Below, piece after piece: positions 45,433-57,242 of a DNA stretch of 64,000 nt. The stretch's first letter is position 1; each line of letters begins with the position of its first letter. The stretch is from Pseudomonadota bacterium (GTDB lineage Bacteria > Pseudomonadota > Alphaproteobacteria > UBA8366). A program made the translations under genes and the position numbers. A model generated the notes under the pieces. That model saw only the letters and a program-made list of their open reading frames with translations. It did not search any database and was not told where the DNA came from. Location: NCBI GenBank assembly GCA_036339585.1, contig JAYZAS010000004.1, positions 51,947 to 115,946 of the forward strand. The letters are read 5' to 3'.

Positions 45433-45993
45433 ATGTCGTTAGAGAATCCCGAAAAAAATAGGTTGCGCGATATTATCGCAAAAAAATCATTGCTTACATC
45501 GGGAAACTTTACACTCGCCTCGGGACATAAGAGTAACACCTTCTTTGACATGAAGAAAACGATGCTAGATCCTGAAGGAGCAACCCTGTTAACTGATACA
45601 TTGTGGAAAGAAATCAGAAACCACAAACTAGACTGCATCGGTGGGCTGGAGATGGGCGCAGTGCCAATCGTTTCACAGCTCAGTTTGAGAAGTTATCCGG
45701 AAAAACCAATACCCAGCTTCTTCGTCCGAAAAAAAGCAAAGGGGCATGGAACCGACCAAAAAGTAGATGGGTATCTAAGTGAAGGTAATACAGCTATCGT
45801 GTTTGAAGACGTTACCACCACGGGCGGCTCTGCTTTGCAAGCAGTAGAAGCAGTGCGTAAAAACGGCGCATTTGTGGAAACAGTTATAACTATTGTTGAT
45901 AGGTTAGCAGGCGCTGAGCACACCTTAGCAGCAGAAGGACTTACGCTCATATCTCTATTTACGAAGAATGATTTCGACTTAGGAACCCATTAG
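45433..45993 (+). CDS. pyrE: orotate phosphoribosyltransferase
   Basis: 186 aa. PRPP-binding motif TAIVFEDVTTTGGSAL. AAGGAG RBS upstream. Confidence 0.9.
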   Translation: MSLENPEKNRLRDIIAKKSLLTSGNFTLASGHKSNTFFDMKKTMLDPEGATLLTDTLWKEIRNHKLDCIGGLEMGAVPIVSQLSLRSYPEKPIPSFFVRKKAKGHGTDQKVDGYLSEGNTAIVFEDVTTTGGSALQAVEAVRKNGAFVETVITIVDRLAGAEHTLAAEGLTLISLFTKNDFDLGTH

Positions 45994-46039
45994 ATATAGA
46001 GTCTTGAAATTCACCGTCCCCAAGCGCTATTCTAAAATC

Positions 46040-46135
46040 TTAATGTCTCTTACTGGGGTGCTGGCGTAAACTTGCGTCGGCTGAGAGCATACCCATACAA
46101 CCTGATGTGGCCTAATGCCAGTGCAGGGAGTTGTT
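46040..46135 (+). promoter_or_regulatory. TPP (THI-box) riboswitch
   Basis: CTGGGGTGC ... GGCTGAGA ... ACCC ... AACCTGAT.TGG..TAATGCCAG.GCAGGGA are the conserved aptamer blocks, in order. The 3' P1 strand AGGGAG (46125-46130) doubles as the thiO Shine-Dalgarno. Confidence 0.88.
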
Positions 46136-47311
46136 GTGTCTAATATAAATTGTGAAAACAGCTTGAGAAACACGGTAGTCATAATTGGCGCAGGTGTGTG
46201 TGGCCTCAGCATCGGTTGGCAACTTGCTGAAGCAGGAGCGAAAGTAACTATTTTTGAAAAATCTGAGCCTGGCAGGGGGGCCACTTGGGCGGCCGCTGGC
46301 ATGTTGGCTGCGCGCGCAGAAGCCGAGCCAGGCGAACAAGCGCTTCTCAGCCTCAATTTAAAATCCCAAGAATATTGGCCCGAATTTAGAAATAGGTTGG
46401 AAGAAGCAACCGGGGTGTCCATTGGCTATCGTGATGAAGGTACAATCATAGTAGCGCTTGACCGTGATGACGCTGCAGACCTAGAGTTCAATTATAAATT
46501 ACAGGCTGGCCTCGGTTTAGATACGAATTGGTTGAGTGGCTCTGAAGCCCGGGAAAAAGAGCCTTTTCTCTCACCCAAAATAAATAGTGCAATATTCAGC
46601 CCCTTAGATCATCAAGTAGATAACAGAGATCTCGTTAATGCGCTTAGGATAGCCTTCGTCAGGGCAGGGGGAGATCTAAAGATTTACAGTGAAGTAGATT
46701 CGATTGTAACGGAAAATGGAAGCGTTCGCGGTGTTCACTCAAATGGTGAGGAAATACCAGCCCAATATGTTGTATTGGCTGCTGGTGCTTGGTCGCGTAC
46801 AATTCGAGGGTTAGCGAAAGCGGATCTGCCCCCTGTCAGACCGCTAAAAGGCCAGATGCTTGCATTAAGAATGGATCCCAATAAACCACTTTTAAGGCAT
46901 GTCCTTTGGGCACCTAAGGGTATCTATATGGTTCCACGAAACGATGGAAGGCTACTGATTGGCGCAACGGTGGAAGAAAAAGATTTTAATGCGGAACTTA
47001 CCGCAGGAGGTATTCTGCATCTCCTAAGAGAAAGCTGGGAGGCTTTGCCAGGAATAGACGAACTCGAGATTGACGAAATGTGGACCGGCCATCGGCCTAC
47101 TAGCCGCGACGACGCACCTATACTCGGCCCAACGTCGGTTGAGGGACTAATTATTGCTACGGGCCATCATCGTAATGGAATTTTACTCGCACCAATTACA
47201 GCTAAAACTATAAGCCAGTTGATATTGACGGGGGACTTGCCGAAAGAGATTGAACCCTTTGGGATTGAACGATTCAGAAAAGCTAAAAACAGAACCCCGC
47301 ATGCTGCATGA
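46136..47311 (+). CDS. thiO: glycine oxidase (FAD-dependent), thiazole biosynthesis
   Basis: VVIIGAGVCGLSIGWQLAEAGAKVTIFEK (FAD fold) and GHHRNGILLAP. I place the start at GTG 46136, 5 nt after AGGGAG. The ORF-track ATG at 46115 lies inside the riboswitch aptamer (TAATGCCAG). Confidence 0.88.
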   Translation: MSNINCENSLRNTVVIIGAGVCGLSIGWQLAEAGAKVTIFEKSEPGRGATWAAAGMLAARAEAEPGEQALLSLNLKSQEYWPEFRNRLEEATGVSIGYRDEGTIIVALDRDDAADLEFNYKLQAGLGLDTNWLSGSEAREKEPFLSPKINSAIFSPLDHQVDNRDLVNALRIAFVRAGGDLKIYSEVDSIVTENGSVRGVHSNGEEIPAQYVVLAAGAWSRTIRGLAKADLPPVRPLKGQMLALRMDPNKPLLRHVLWAPKGIYMVPRNDGRLLIGATVEEKDFNAELTAGGILHLLRESWEALPGIDELEIDEMWTGHRPTSRDDAPILGPTSVEGLIIATGHHRNGILLAPITAKTISQLILTGDLPKEIEPFGIERFRKAKNRTPHAA

Positions 47312-47321
47312 GGTGCCTAAG

Positions 47322-47531
47322 ATGAGTAAAAAAATAACTATAAATGGAGAAAAACGGAAGATTGGGGCAGCCACTGTGGTCGATCTTCTTATGACTGAAT
47401 CGATAAATCCTACGGCAAAATTTGTAGCAGTTGCCATAAATGGAAGTGTTATCCCCCGCCAAAGCTGGTCTGTCACAAAAGTCAAGACCGGTGACTCCGT
47501 CGAAATCGTCCAACCTGCGCCCGGAGGTTAA
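47322..47531 (+). CDS. thiS: sulfur-carrier protein ThiS
   Basis: 69 aa, ubiquitin-like, ending in ...VQPAPGG (C-terminal Gly-Gly). It sits between thiO and thiG. Confidence 0.88.
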   Translation: MSKKITINGEKRKIGAATVVDLLMTESINPTAKFVAVAINGSVIPRQSWSVTKVKTGDSVEIVQPAPGG

Positions 47532-48931
<1,400 letters not shown>

Positions 48932-49009
48932 CTCATTATTGCCGTAAGCTCTCAGCACGAGTAAATTATAAAAAGAGCAAATGAATTTTTTAAATTTAAC
49001 GAGGTTAGA

Positions 49010-50398
49010 TTGGTTTTTTTAGATTGTTTTACAACTGAGGCGCAAGAACAACCGGTTGAAATAACCCCCGTCACTAAGGACACTTTCAGTGATTGGCTGG
49101 CCTCTCAATCTGGCCAATTGGCAAATTGGGTAAAAAAGACCGGATTTTATGCTGACCTTGGTAAGTCTCTCATACTTCCACCTGAGGACGGAGGTAAACC
49201 GTTAGGTGCACTTTTGGGGACTGAAGGGAAAAATGATATTTGGTCTTGGGGTGAGGCCGCAGAACATTTAGCGTCTGCTACCTACTCTATTGGCGGGAAA
49301 CCAAATGATACCGACCTAGATAATGCAACTCTTGGTTGGGCCCTAGGCAGCTACGCATTCAATCGCTACAGACAATCAAAGAAACCTATATCCAAGTTAG
49401 CCGTTGCAGCCTCACCGACATTGACGACCATTTCAAATACGGCGCAGGCCATTTATCTGACAAGAGATCTCATCAATACACCAGCATCTGATATGGGACC
49501 GGGCGAGTTGGCAGCTTGTGCAAAAGATACAGCTGATCGTTTTAATGCCGTATGCAAGGTAATCACAGGAAACGATCTTTTGAGGGATAATTATCCAATG
49601 GTTCACGCGGTTGGCCGAGCATCAACGCGTGCACCAAGGCTTATCGATATTACGTGGGGGAAGCCAGACTGGCCAAAGGTTACGCTTGTTGGTAAAGGGG
49701 TATGTTTCGATACTGGAGGTCTTGATCTCAAGCCTTCGAGTGGAATGCTCATGATGAAAAAGGACATGGGAGGGGCGGCTCATGCACTCGGCCTTGGTCA
49801 ACTTATAATGGCTAACCGATTAAATATTCGCCTGCGCATCCTAATTCCGGCAGTAGAAAATAGCGTCTCCGGTGATGCATTTCGGCCTATGGATGTGCTC
49901 AAAACACGCGACGGCATGTCCGTTGAGATTGGAAACACTGATGCAGAGGGGAGACTGATTCTTGGAGACGCACTAACTGAAGCAAGTGCTGAAAAACCGG
50001 ATATTGTGATAAATTTTGCTACTCTCACTGGCGCTGCCCGCATTGCACTTGGCCCAGACCTAGCTGTTATGTTTAGTAACAATGATACACTTGCTAAGGA
50101 TATAGAAGCCGGAGCAGATCAATGTGATGATCCGGTTTGGCGGCTTCCCCTTTGGAAACCATATCGACGTTTCCTTGACAGCAAAATTGCTGACATAAAT
50201 AATGCGGGGCAAAGTCGCTTCGCTGGCGCCATAACCGCAGCACTTTTTTTAGAGGAATTTGTAAGCGAAAATATCGCTTGGGCACATTTTGATATTTATG
50301 GATGGAACCCTATCAAACGTATCGGAAGGCCAGTTGGTGGTGAGGCAATGGGTTTACGTGCGGTGTATGCAATGCTTGAGAAGAAATACTCGAAGTAA
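49010..50398 (+). CDS. M17-family leucyl aminopeptidase-like metallopeptidase
   Basis: 462 aa. It has the M17 signature NTDAEGRL (GNTDAEGRLILGDAL) and VGKGVCFDTGGLDLKP. TTG start 5 nt after GAGG. Confidence 0.88.
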   Translation: MVFLDCFTTEAQEQPVEITPVTKDTFSDWLASQSGQLANWVKKTGFYADLGKSLILPPEDGGKPLGALLGTEGKNDIWSWGEAAEHLASATYSIGGKPNDTDLDNATLGWALGSYAFNRYRQSKKPISKLAVAASPTLTTISNTAQAIYLTRDLINTPASDMGPGELAACAKDTADRFNAVCKVITGNDLLRDNYPMVHAVGRASTRAPRLIDITWGKPDWPKVTLVGKGVCFDTGGLDLKPSSGMLMMKKDMGGAAHALGLGQLIMANRLNIRLRILIPAVENSVSGDAFRPMDVLKTRDGMSVEIGNTDAEGRLILGDALTEASAEKPDIVINFATLTGAARIALGPDLAVMFSNNDTLAKDIEAGADQCDDPVWRLPLWKPYRRFLDSKIADINNAGQSRFAGAITAALFLEEFVSENIAWAHFDIYGWNPIKRIGRPVGGEAMGLRAVYAMLEKKYSK

Positions 50399-50446
50399 GT
50401 TTCTTCCTCTAGTGGCGGAATGAAGTAGACCAGAATGTTACACAAA

Positions 50447-50465
50447 GGGGCTTTAAAAAAGCCCT
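50447..50465. terminator. bidirectional hairpin between convergent M17 peptidase and ghrA genes
   Basis: (G)GGGCTTT-AAA-AAAGCCC(T), a 7-8 bp stem at 50447-50465, flanked by A/T-rich sequence on both sides. Confidence 0.5.
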
Positions 50466-50531
50466 CAAATAAAATTTCCTAGACTCTTATTTTCGCATCG
50501 ATAGCTAAAAATCACCTTATCCTGACGTCTA

Positions 50532-51467
50532 TTAATAACCAACCGACGTATCAACAACATTTATAAGTGGTTGAGATGCATTTAAACGGTTGATATTGAT
50601 AGCCAGAAGTTTGGCTGCTGTTTTTGGTTGAGTAACCGCTGCGTTATGTGGCGTGACAGTAACCTTTGGATGATTCCAAAATGGATGATCAGGAGGCAAC
50701 GGTTCATTGCGAAATACGTCAAGCGTTACGTGGCTCAGTTGGCCATTATCGAGTGCCTCCAGTATATCCTCCTCAATCTGTTGACCTCCGCGGCCCGCAT
50801 TTATTAGAGATGCTCCCATTGGTAATTGCGCGAATAAATCCTTATTAAGGATATCCTCAGTCTCAGACGTGAGTGGAAGCAAGCAAACTACAATCTCAGT
50901 GCCGCTCAGAAAGTCTTTAATACCCTCTTCTCCATGCATACACTCTACGCCGACTAATTCTTTTGGGTTTCGAGACCACCCTATGGTCTCGAAACCCAAC
51001 CCCGATATTGCTTTAGCAGTTGGCCCTCCGATGGCACCAAGTCCCATAATCCCAACCCTACGCTCTGAAGCAAGTGGCGAAGGAAAGGTAATCCATTTGG
51101 CTGCGCGCTGATTTGTTTCCAAAAGTGTCTGGTTTCGATGATGCCTCAATACATGAAGGATTGAATATTCAACCATTCCTTGGGTAAGCGACTCATCCAC
51201 CATTCGACATACAGGAACTTCTGCCGGTAATTCTGGATCATTAAGGAGAGAATCAACTCCGGCACCAACAGAGAACACAGCCCTAAGGTTCGGGAATGTC
51301 GCCAACATCCCTGGAGGTGGCTTCCAAACTAACGCAAATTCAATTTCACCGATATTACCGGGCTGTTGCCAAGGCCGCACGTCAAGATCGGGCAGCACTT
51401 CCTTAAGGGCTTTTTTCCAAGGCTCGTATCTATCAACGTCATCCTTTGAGAAAAATATTAATGCCAT
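50532..51467 (-). CDS. ghrA: glyoxylate/hydroxypyruvate reductase A-like D-2-hydroxyacid dehydrogenase
   Basis: 311 aa, collinear with E. coli GhrA as I recall it. Shared motifs: ALVWKPPPGML, AVFSVGAGVDS, GIMGLGAIG, LDVFRNEPLPPDHPFW.HPKVTVTPH, and a ..GY C-terminus. Confidence 0.82.
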   Translation of the reverse strand: MALIFFSKDDVDRYEPWKKALKEVLPDLDVRPWQQPGNIGEIEFALVWKPPPGMLATFPNLRAVFSVGAGVDSLLNDPELPAEVPVCRMVDESLTQGMVEYSILHVLRHHRNQTLLETNQRAAKWITFPSPLASERRVGIMGLGAIGGPTAKAISGLGFETIGWSRNPKELVGVECMHGEEGIKDFLSGTEIVVCLLPLTSETEDILNKDLFAQLPMGASLINAGRGGQQIEEDILEALDNGQLSHVTLDVFRNEPLPPDHPFWNHPKVTVTPHNAAVTQPKTAAKLLAININRLNASQPLINVVDTSVGY

Positions 51468-51477
51468 TACTACCAGC

Positions 51478-53118
51478 CTATTTCTTTAGGTTTGTTTCCA
51501 AAAACTCGCTACTGTTTTTATTTTGAAAAGCTGCCATGATAAGTTTTCGAGTGTAAGGATCTCGCGGAGCCTCAAACATACGGGATGAATGACCTTCTTC
51601 CACTAATTTTCCGTGCCGCATGACTATCACTCTGTCAGCAAGAGCTTTTACTACTTTAAGGTCGTGACTTATAAATAGATAGGCGAGTTTATGTCTGACT
51701 TGTAACGTACGAAGAAGGTTTACAATTTGAGCCTGGACCGAACGGTCAAGAGCCGATGTAGGTTCATCTAATACGATAAACCGCGGCCTTAAGACCAATG
51801 CCCGCGCGATAGCAATACGCTGACGCTGGCCTCCAGAAAATTCGTGGGGATAACGATTTCGATTTCCCGGTTGAATACCCACTTCTTTCAGAACGTTAAC
51901 GACTAAGTCGTCACGGTCGCGTTTATTTTTCCCAATTTCATGGATGCGCAAGCCTTCCTCAACAATCTGGCCAACGGTCATCCGCGGGCTCAAGCTACCG
52001 AATGGATCTTGAAAAACAACTTGCATCTGCCGTCTGTAGGGACGCATCCCATTCGCTTTAAGATTTTGCAAGTCTTCCCCATCAAATCTAAGAATGCCCT
52101 CACTATCCTGCAACTTAAGCAGGGCCATACCCAGAGTGGTCTTCCCAGACCCTGATTCACCAACAATACCAACTGTCTCCCCTTCATGAATCTTGATGTT
52201 CATACCATCAACAGCGCGCACATAATCCACAATGCCGCGTAACAAACCCTTTCTTATCGGAAACCAAACCTTAATCTCTTTGCATTCCAATAACACTGGC
52301 GCTTTAGCGTCCACTGCAGGCTTGGACCCCTTGGGTTCGGCATCGAGCAATCGTTTGGTGTAAGCATGTGCCGGAGTCGAAAAAACTTTTTGTGTGTTGC
52401 CGGACTCTACAATCGACCCCTTCTCCATTACGCAAACCCTGTCGGAAATTTTCTCAACAACACCGAGGTCATGGGTGATGAAAAGGAGCGCCATCCCAAA
52501 CTTGCGCTGCAAGTTTTTTAGTAATTCGAGAATTTGGGCCTGTAATGTAACATCTAACGCAGTGGTTGGCTCATCTGCGATTAATAGATCGGGTTCGTTC
52601 GCGAGTGCCATTGCAATCATTACTCGCTGCCGCTGGCCTCCTGATAGTTCGTGCGGAAAAGCACCCAGCCGCTGATCCGCGTTCTGAATACCTACCTCAT
52701 TAAGCAACTCAATCACACGTTTGCGAAGCTGATTCTTGAGATAATATTTATGTTGAATTAAGGACTCTGCTATCTGTTTTTCGATGGTATGGAGTGGGTT
52801 AAGTGCTGTCATCGGCTCTTGGAAGATCATTGTTATTCTGTTGCCACGAACCCGCTCCAATATGTTACTACCGGCACCAAGAAGCTCATCACCCTTGAAT
52901 TTAATAGAACCTGCCGGATGATATGCCGTTGTATAGGAAAGTAGTTGTAAAATTGAGAGCGCAATCACAGATTTTCCAGATCCCGATTCCCCAACTAGCG
53001 CAACGGTTTCCCCTTTGTTGACACTAAAAGAAACCCCCTTCACCGCTTGTATATCGCCGTCTGGAGATCGGAAGGATACTGCTAAGTTGCTTACGTGAAG
53101 GAGTGTTCTCTGGCACAC
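51478..53118 (-). CDS. yejF: ABC transporter ATP-binding protein with duplicated ATPase domains (YejF-like)
   Basis: Two Walker A motifs (GESGSGKS, GESGSGKT) and two LSGGQRQR signatures. I place the start at GTG 53118, 4 nt after the yejE stop. The ORF-track GTG at 53163 would overlap yejE by 41 nt. Confidence 0.88.
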   Translation of the reverse strand: MCQRTLLHVSNLAVSFRSPDGDIQAVKGVSFSVNKGETVALVGESGSGKSVIALSILQLLSYTTAYHPAGSIKFKGDELLGAGSNILERVRGNRITMIFQEPMTALNPLHTIEKQIAESLIQHKYYLKNQLRKRVIELLNEVGIQNADQRLGAFPHELSGGQRQRVMIAMALANEPDLLIADEPTTALDVTLQAQILELLKNLQRKFGMALLFITHDLGVVEKISDRVCVMEKGSIVESGNTQKVFSTPAHAYTKRLLDAEPKGSKPAVDAKAPVLLECKEIKVWFPIRKGLLRGIVDYVRAVDGMNIKIHEGETVGIVGESGSGKTTLGMALLKLQDSEGILRFDGEDLQNLKANGMRPYRRQMQVVFQDPFGSLSPRMTVGQIVEEGLRIHEIGKNKRDRDDLVVNVLKEVGIQPGNRNRYPHEFSGGQRQRIAIARALVLRPRFIVLDEPTSALDRSVQAQIVNLLRTLQVRHKLAYLFISHDLKVVKALADRVIVMRHGKLVEEGHSSRMFEAPRDPYTRKLIMAAFQNKNSSEFLETNLKK

Positions 53119-53122
53119 AGTA

Positions 53123-54187
53123 TCAACCTTTTCTAGGATCGAAGGCGTCGCGCACTGCCTCACCGATAAAGACTAATAAAGATAACATAACCGAAATAAC
53201 GATGAAGGCCGTGATACCTAACCATGGGGCAAAAAGATTATCTTTACCTTGCTTAAGCAGTTCGCCCAATGAAGGTGACCCTGGCGGCAAACCAAATCCA
53301 AGAAAGTCCAGAGATGTCAATGTGATTACCGAGCCCGAAGTAATAAACGGCAAGAATGTTAAAGTTGCAACCATAGCGTTAGGCATCACATGCTGTGTTA
53401 TAATTACCCGGTTCGACTGACCAAGAGCCCGTGCTGCTTTTACATATTCGAAATTACGCCCTCTAAGAAACTCTGCTCGTACTACACCCACAAGCCCAGG
53501 CCAACTGAATAAAAGCATCAACCCTAATAGCCACCAGAAATTTGGCTGCACAACACTCGCTAATATAATTAACATGTAAAGCATAGGTAATCCGACCCAA
53601 ATTTCTATCACCCGTTGGCCTATGAGATCTATCAATCCTCCAAAATAGCCCTGTATCGCTCCAACAGCTATTCCAATCAAGGAGCTGAAAATCGTAAGAG
53701 CCAACCCGAATAGCACTGATATTCGAAACCCATAAATCATTCTAGAAAAGACATCTCGTGCCTGATCGTCCGTTCCTAACCAATTTTGTGTGGAAGGTGG
53801 AGAAGGTGCAGGGCCAGCCAAATCTGTGATATGGCTATCGTAACTGTAGCGGACAGGAGGCCAAATCATCCAACCATGAGCCTCTATTAACTTCTGTACA
53901 TGCACATCCGTATAATCGGCCTCGGTCTCAAAATCGCCACCAAAATCTGTCTCCGAATAGAATTCAAAAATAGGAAAATAAACATCACTCTTAAACCAAA
54001 TAACTACCGGTCGGTCATTTGCAATAAATTCAGCAAATAATGAAACCACAAATAAAAAGAGGAATATCCACAGAGACCAGAAACCCCTCTTGTTTTTGCG
54101 AAAATTATTCAATCGCCGTTGCATAAGAGGTGTGACTCTTAAATTCCTAACCTCCGATACTTCTAAAGAGTTCGCCATTTCAGCCAC
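53123..54187 (-). CDS. yejE: ABC transporter permease (YejE-like)
   Basis: 354 aa, 6 TM, oligopeptide-type permease. Abuts yejB with no gap. Confidence 0.85.
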   Translation of the reverse strand: MAEMANSLEVSEVRNLRVTPLMQRRLNNFRKNKRGFWSLWIFLFLFVVSLFAEFIANDRPVVIWFKSDVYFPIFEFYSETDFGGDFETEADYTDVHVQKLIEAHGWMIWPPVRYSYDSHITDLAGPAPSPPSTQNWLGTDDQARDVFSRMIYGFRISVLFGLALTIFSSLIGIAVGAIQGYFGGLIDLIGQRVIEIWVGLPMLYMLIILASVVQPNFWWLLGLMLLFSWPGLVGVVRAEFLRGRNFEYVKAARALGQSNRVIITQHVMPNAMVATLTFLPFITSGSVITLTSLDFLGFGLPPGSPSLGELLKQGKDNLFAPWLGITAFIVISVMLSLLVFIGEAVRDAFDPRKG

Positions 54188-55303
54188 TCATATCTTTCTA
54201 CCTTCGAAGTCAATACGAGGGTCAACAACGGTGTAAACGAGGTCGCTTACCAACTGAAGAACGAGACCTATCAAAGTAAAGAAATAAAGCGTGCCGAAGA
54301 GGACTGGATAGTCTCGGTTAACAGCTGCCTCAAACCCTAATAGCCCGAGCCCATCAAGTGAAAATATTACTTCTATAAGCAAAGAGCCGGTGAAAAGGAT
54401 TCCTATAAAAGCGCTTGGAAAACCAGCAATGACAATCAACATAGCATTCCGAAAAATATGACCATAAAGAACATGTTTTTCTGTCAACCCCTTTGCCCGC
54501 GCTGTGATTACATATTGTTGATTTATTTGATCTAGAAAAGAATTCTTCGTCAACATTGTGAGCCCCGCAAAACCACCGATGACGAGAGAAAATATAGGGA
54601 GTGCCATGTGCCAGAGGTAATCGCCTATTAAAGCAAGAGTCGAAAGCTCACGCCAATCAGTTGAAACAAGACCACGTAGCGGAAACCAGTCGAGGTAACG
54701 ACCACCCGCAAATAGCACGACAAGTAAGATTGCAAACAAAAAACCTGGCACAGCATTCCCAACGATTACCGCAGTACTGGACAAAACATCGAAACGACTG
54801 CCATCCCGTACAGCCTTGGCTATACCAAGCGGGATTGATATCAAATAAATTAGAAGTGCGCTCCATAAGCCCAGAGAAATTGATACCGGCATCTTTTCAA
54901 TCACCAAAGACGTGACGCTCTGGTCAAGGAAGTAGCTATTGCCGAAGTCGAAGGTAATATAATTCCCTATCATAAAAAGAAACCGCTCGTACGCCGGTCT
55001 ATCAAAGCCAAACTGCTTTTCAAGCTGTTTTATGAAAGCTGGATCAAGCCCCTGTGCACCCCGATATTTATTCTCAATTGAACCAGTTTGGCCCGTGGCC
55101 CCTTGCATGTCTCTTCCTGATTCTGGCGATGTATCACCTGCAAACTTAGCTGTGGCCGAGACTGCTGTTCCCTGTATTTCAGCTATCATCTGCTCCACCG
55201 GGCCGCCCGGAGCTACATGCACGATTGCAAAATTGATAAGCATTATTCCAAAAAGGGTTGGGATGATTAGGAGAAGTCGGCGAATGATGTAGCCTAGCAT
55301 CAC
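54188..55303 (-). CDS. yejB: ABC transporter permease (YejB-like)
   Basis: 371 aa. [28 protein letters not shown] is the DppB/OppB-type N-terminus. Confidence 0.85.
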   Translation of the reverse strand: MMLGYIIRRLLLIIPTLFGIMLINFAIVHVAPGGPVEQMIAEIQGTAVSATAKFAGDTSPESGRDMQGATGQTGSIENKYRGAQGLDPAFIKQLEKQFGFDRPAYERFLFMIGNYITFDFGNSYFLDQSVTSLVIEKMPVSISLGLWSALLIYLISIPLGIAKAVRDGSRFDVLSSTAVIVGNAVPGFLFAILLVVLFAGGRYLDWFPLRGLVSTDWRELSTLALIGDYLWHMALPIFSLVIGGFAGLTMLTKNSFLDQINQQYVITARAKGLTEKHVLYGHIFRNAMLIVIAGFPSAFIGILFTGSLLIEVIFSLDGLGLLGFEAAVNRDYPVLFGTLYFFTLIGLVLQLVSDLVYTVVDPRIDFEGRKI

Positions 55304-55319
55304 TACGAATAAGCGCTTC

Positions 55320-57188
55320 CTAGCGCCCCTCCCTCATCGTAGCACCATAGCCTGCGCGGCGTAGTGTCAAATCCTTCTTCGGATCAATCCACCATGCAGA
55401 AAAAACTATGCCGTTCTTAGGTGTTCTTACCGGCATACCAAACCTGTTCCAATAGACGATCCGGTCGTTATCAGTGTGCCAGTGCGGTATTACTAAATGC
55501 TGCCAGAGTAAAACCCTATCCAAGGCGTGGCTATGAGCGACAAGTTTTTTTCGGTCTGACGCTGCAATCAATCCTTCGACCAACTCATCTACAACATTAT
55601 TCTTAAGCCCAGAAAGGTTACGACTGCCAATTCTGCCTGCAGCGTTAGATGTCCAATACATCCGCTGCTCGTTGCCAGGCGAAGAGCTCTGCCCCCAAGT
55701 TGTGACAACCATATCAAAATCGAAACTCTGGGTGCGTTTCTGATACTGCGCTGAGTCCACAGTTCGCACATGCGCGACTATACCGAGCTTTTTTAAGTTT
55801 TTCTTGAACGGCAGAGCTATCCTTTCAAATAGGGGGCTTACCAGAAGGATCTCAAATTCGAGTGGTTGGCCAGACTCTTGGTGAACAAGTCTCCGCAGAC
55901 CCCTATCAAATTTCCAACCCGCCCTTTTTAATAGATTGCGAGCCTTTCGAAGATTATCGCGGTTGTTCCCTGATCCATCGGTTTCAGGAGCAGTGTAGGA
56001 AGAACTAAAAACTTCCTGGGGTAATTCCGTACGATATGGTTCTAGTATAACAAGTTCTTCTGCCGAGGGCGTGCCTAACGCAGACAACTCAGAATTAGCG
56101 AAAAAGCTCTGTGTACGCTTATATTGACCGTAAAACAGGGTTTTGTTGGACCATTCAAAATCGAAGGCATAGCTTAGAGCTTCTCGAACCCTGCGGTCAT
56201 TGAAGACTTGACGGCGCGTATTGAAAACAAATCCCTGCATTCCTTGTGTACGTTCATGCTTAAAGGAACGCTTCATTAAAAAACCTTTCCTCAACGCAGG
56301 GATCTTATAACCGGTTGCCCAAGCCTTTGATGAATTTTCTTGCCGAAAGTCAAACCGACCCGCTTTGAACGCCTCTAATGCGACCGTGCCGTCTCGAAAA
56401 TATTCATAAACAATCTGCCTGAAATTGTGACGACCTCGGTTTACGGGCAATTCCCGCCCCCAATAATTCTCTACTCTTTCGTAGGTAATTGAACGATTAG
56501 GCTCGTAACTTTTAATTTTATATGGACCACTGCCGAGTGGCGGACTCAGCGTTGTTTTGGTTGGGTCACGATTTTCCCAATAATGCTTTGGGAAAACCTG
56601 TAACTGTCCCAAAATCAAGGGCAACTCTCTGTTCTTTCCTGGCTCAAACGAAAATTTAACTCGCCGTTTGCCAATTTTTTCTACCTTTGAAACGTTGCCA
56701 TAGTAAAACCGATAATAGGGGTGCCCTTTAGTCAAAAGGAAGTTGAAACTCCAAATCAAGTCAGCCGCAGAGATAGGACGCCCATCGTGCCAATAGGCTC
56801 CCTTACGCAAAGTAAAAATAGCCCAAGACCTATCTTTTGGGACTTCAATAGACTCAGCTAACAACCCATACATAGAAAATGGTTCGTCAGCTGAGCTTTC
56901 CATCAAAGTATCATATATTCTATTTAAACCTGCCGCCTTCCGACCTTTTATAATGAAGGTATTAAAAGTATCGTATCCACCGATAGAGCCAAGACGCACT
57001 GTACCCCCTTTTGGAGCTCCTGGATTCACATATTCAAAATTCCTGAAATTATCTGGGTATTTCAATTTTCCGTGCATCGCAATGCCGTGTCCACGATACA
57101 AGTGATCAGATGCATTACCCACACCGTAGTTCGAAAATAAAAACAGAGCAGAGATTAGATAGATAGATACAGATTCAAAAAATTTCAT
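55320..57188 (-). CDS. yejA: extracellular solute-binding protein, family 5 (YejA-like)
   Basis: 622 aa with an N-terminal signal peptide and the long family-5 SBP layout. First gene of the yejABEF-type operon. Confidence 0.85.
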   Translation of the reverse strand: MKFFESVSIYLISALFLFSNYGVGNASDHLYRGHGIAMHGKLKYPDNFRNFEYVNPGAPKGGTVRLGSIGGYDTFNTFIIKGRKAAGLNRIYDTLMESSADEPFSMYGLLAESIEVPKDRSWAIFTLRKGAYWHDGRPISAADLIWSFNFLLTKGHPYYRFYYGNVSKVEKIGKRRVKFSFEPGKNRELPLILGQLQVFPKHYWENRDPTKTTLSPPLGSGPYKIKSYEPNRSITYERVENYWGRELPVNRGRHNFRQIVYEYFRDGTVALEAFKAGRFDFRQENSSKAWATGYKIPALRKGFLMKRSFKHERTQGMQGFVFNTRRQVFNDRRVREALSYAFDFEWSNKTLFYGQYKRTQSFFANSELSALGTPSAEELVILEPYRTELPQEVFSSSYTAPETDGSGNNRDNLRKARNLLKRAGWKFDRGLRRLVHQESGQPLEFEILLVSPLFERIALPFKKNLKKLGIVAHVRTVDSAQYQKRTQSFDFDMVVTTWGQSSSPGNEQRMYWTSNAAGRIGSRNLSGLKNNVVDELVEGLIAASDRKKLVAHSHALDRVLLWQHLVIPHWHTDNDRIVYWNRFGMPVRTPKNGIVFSAWWIDPKKDLTLRRAGYGATMREGR

Positions 57189-57242
57189 GGCAGTGACTTA
57201 AGCGGGTGGAGATATGAATTCAAGCAACATCATTTCATCCAA

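Noticed and set aside
46027-46422. 131-aa minus-strand ORF, plus the ATG at 46115 as the thiO start
   Set aside because: Both lie on the TPP riboswitch aptamer. The ATG is part of the conserved TAATGCCAG block. The minus-strand ORF is antisense to thiO and has no recognisable features.
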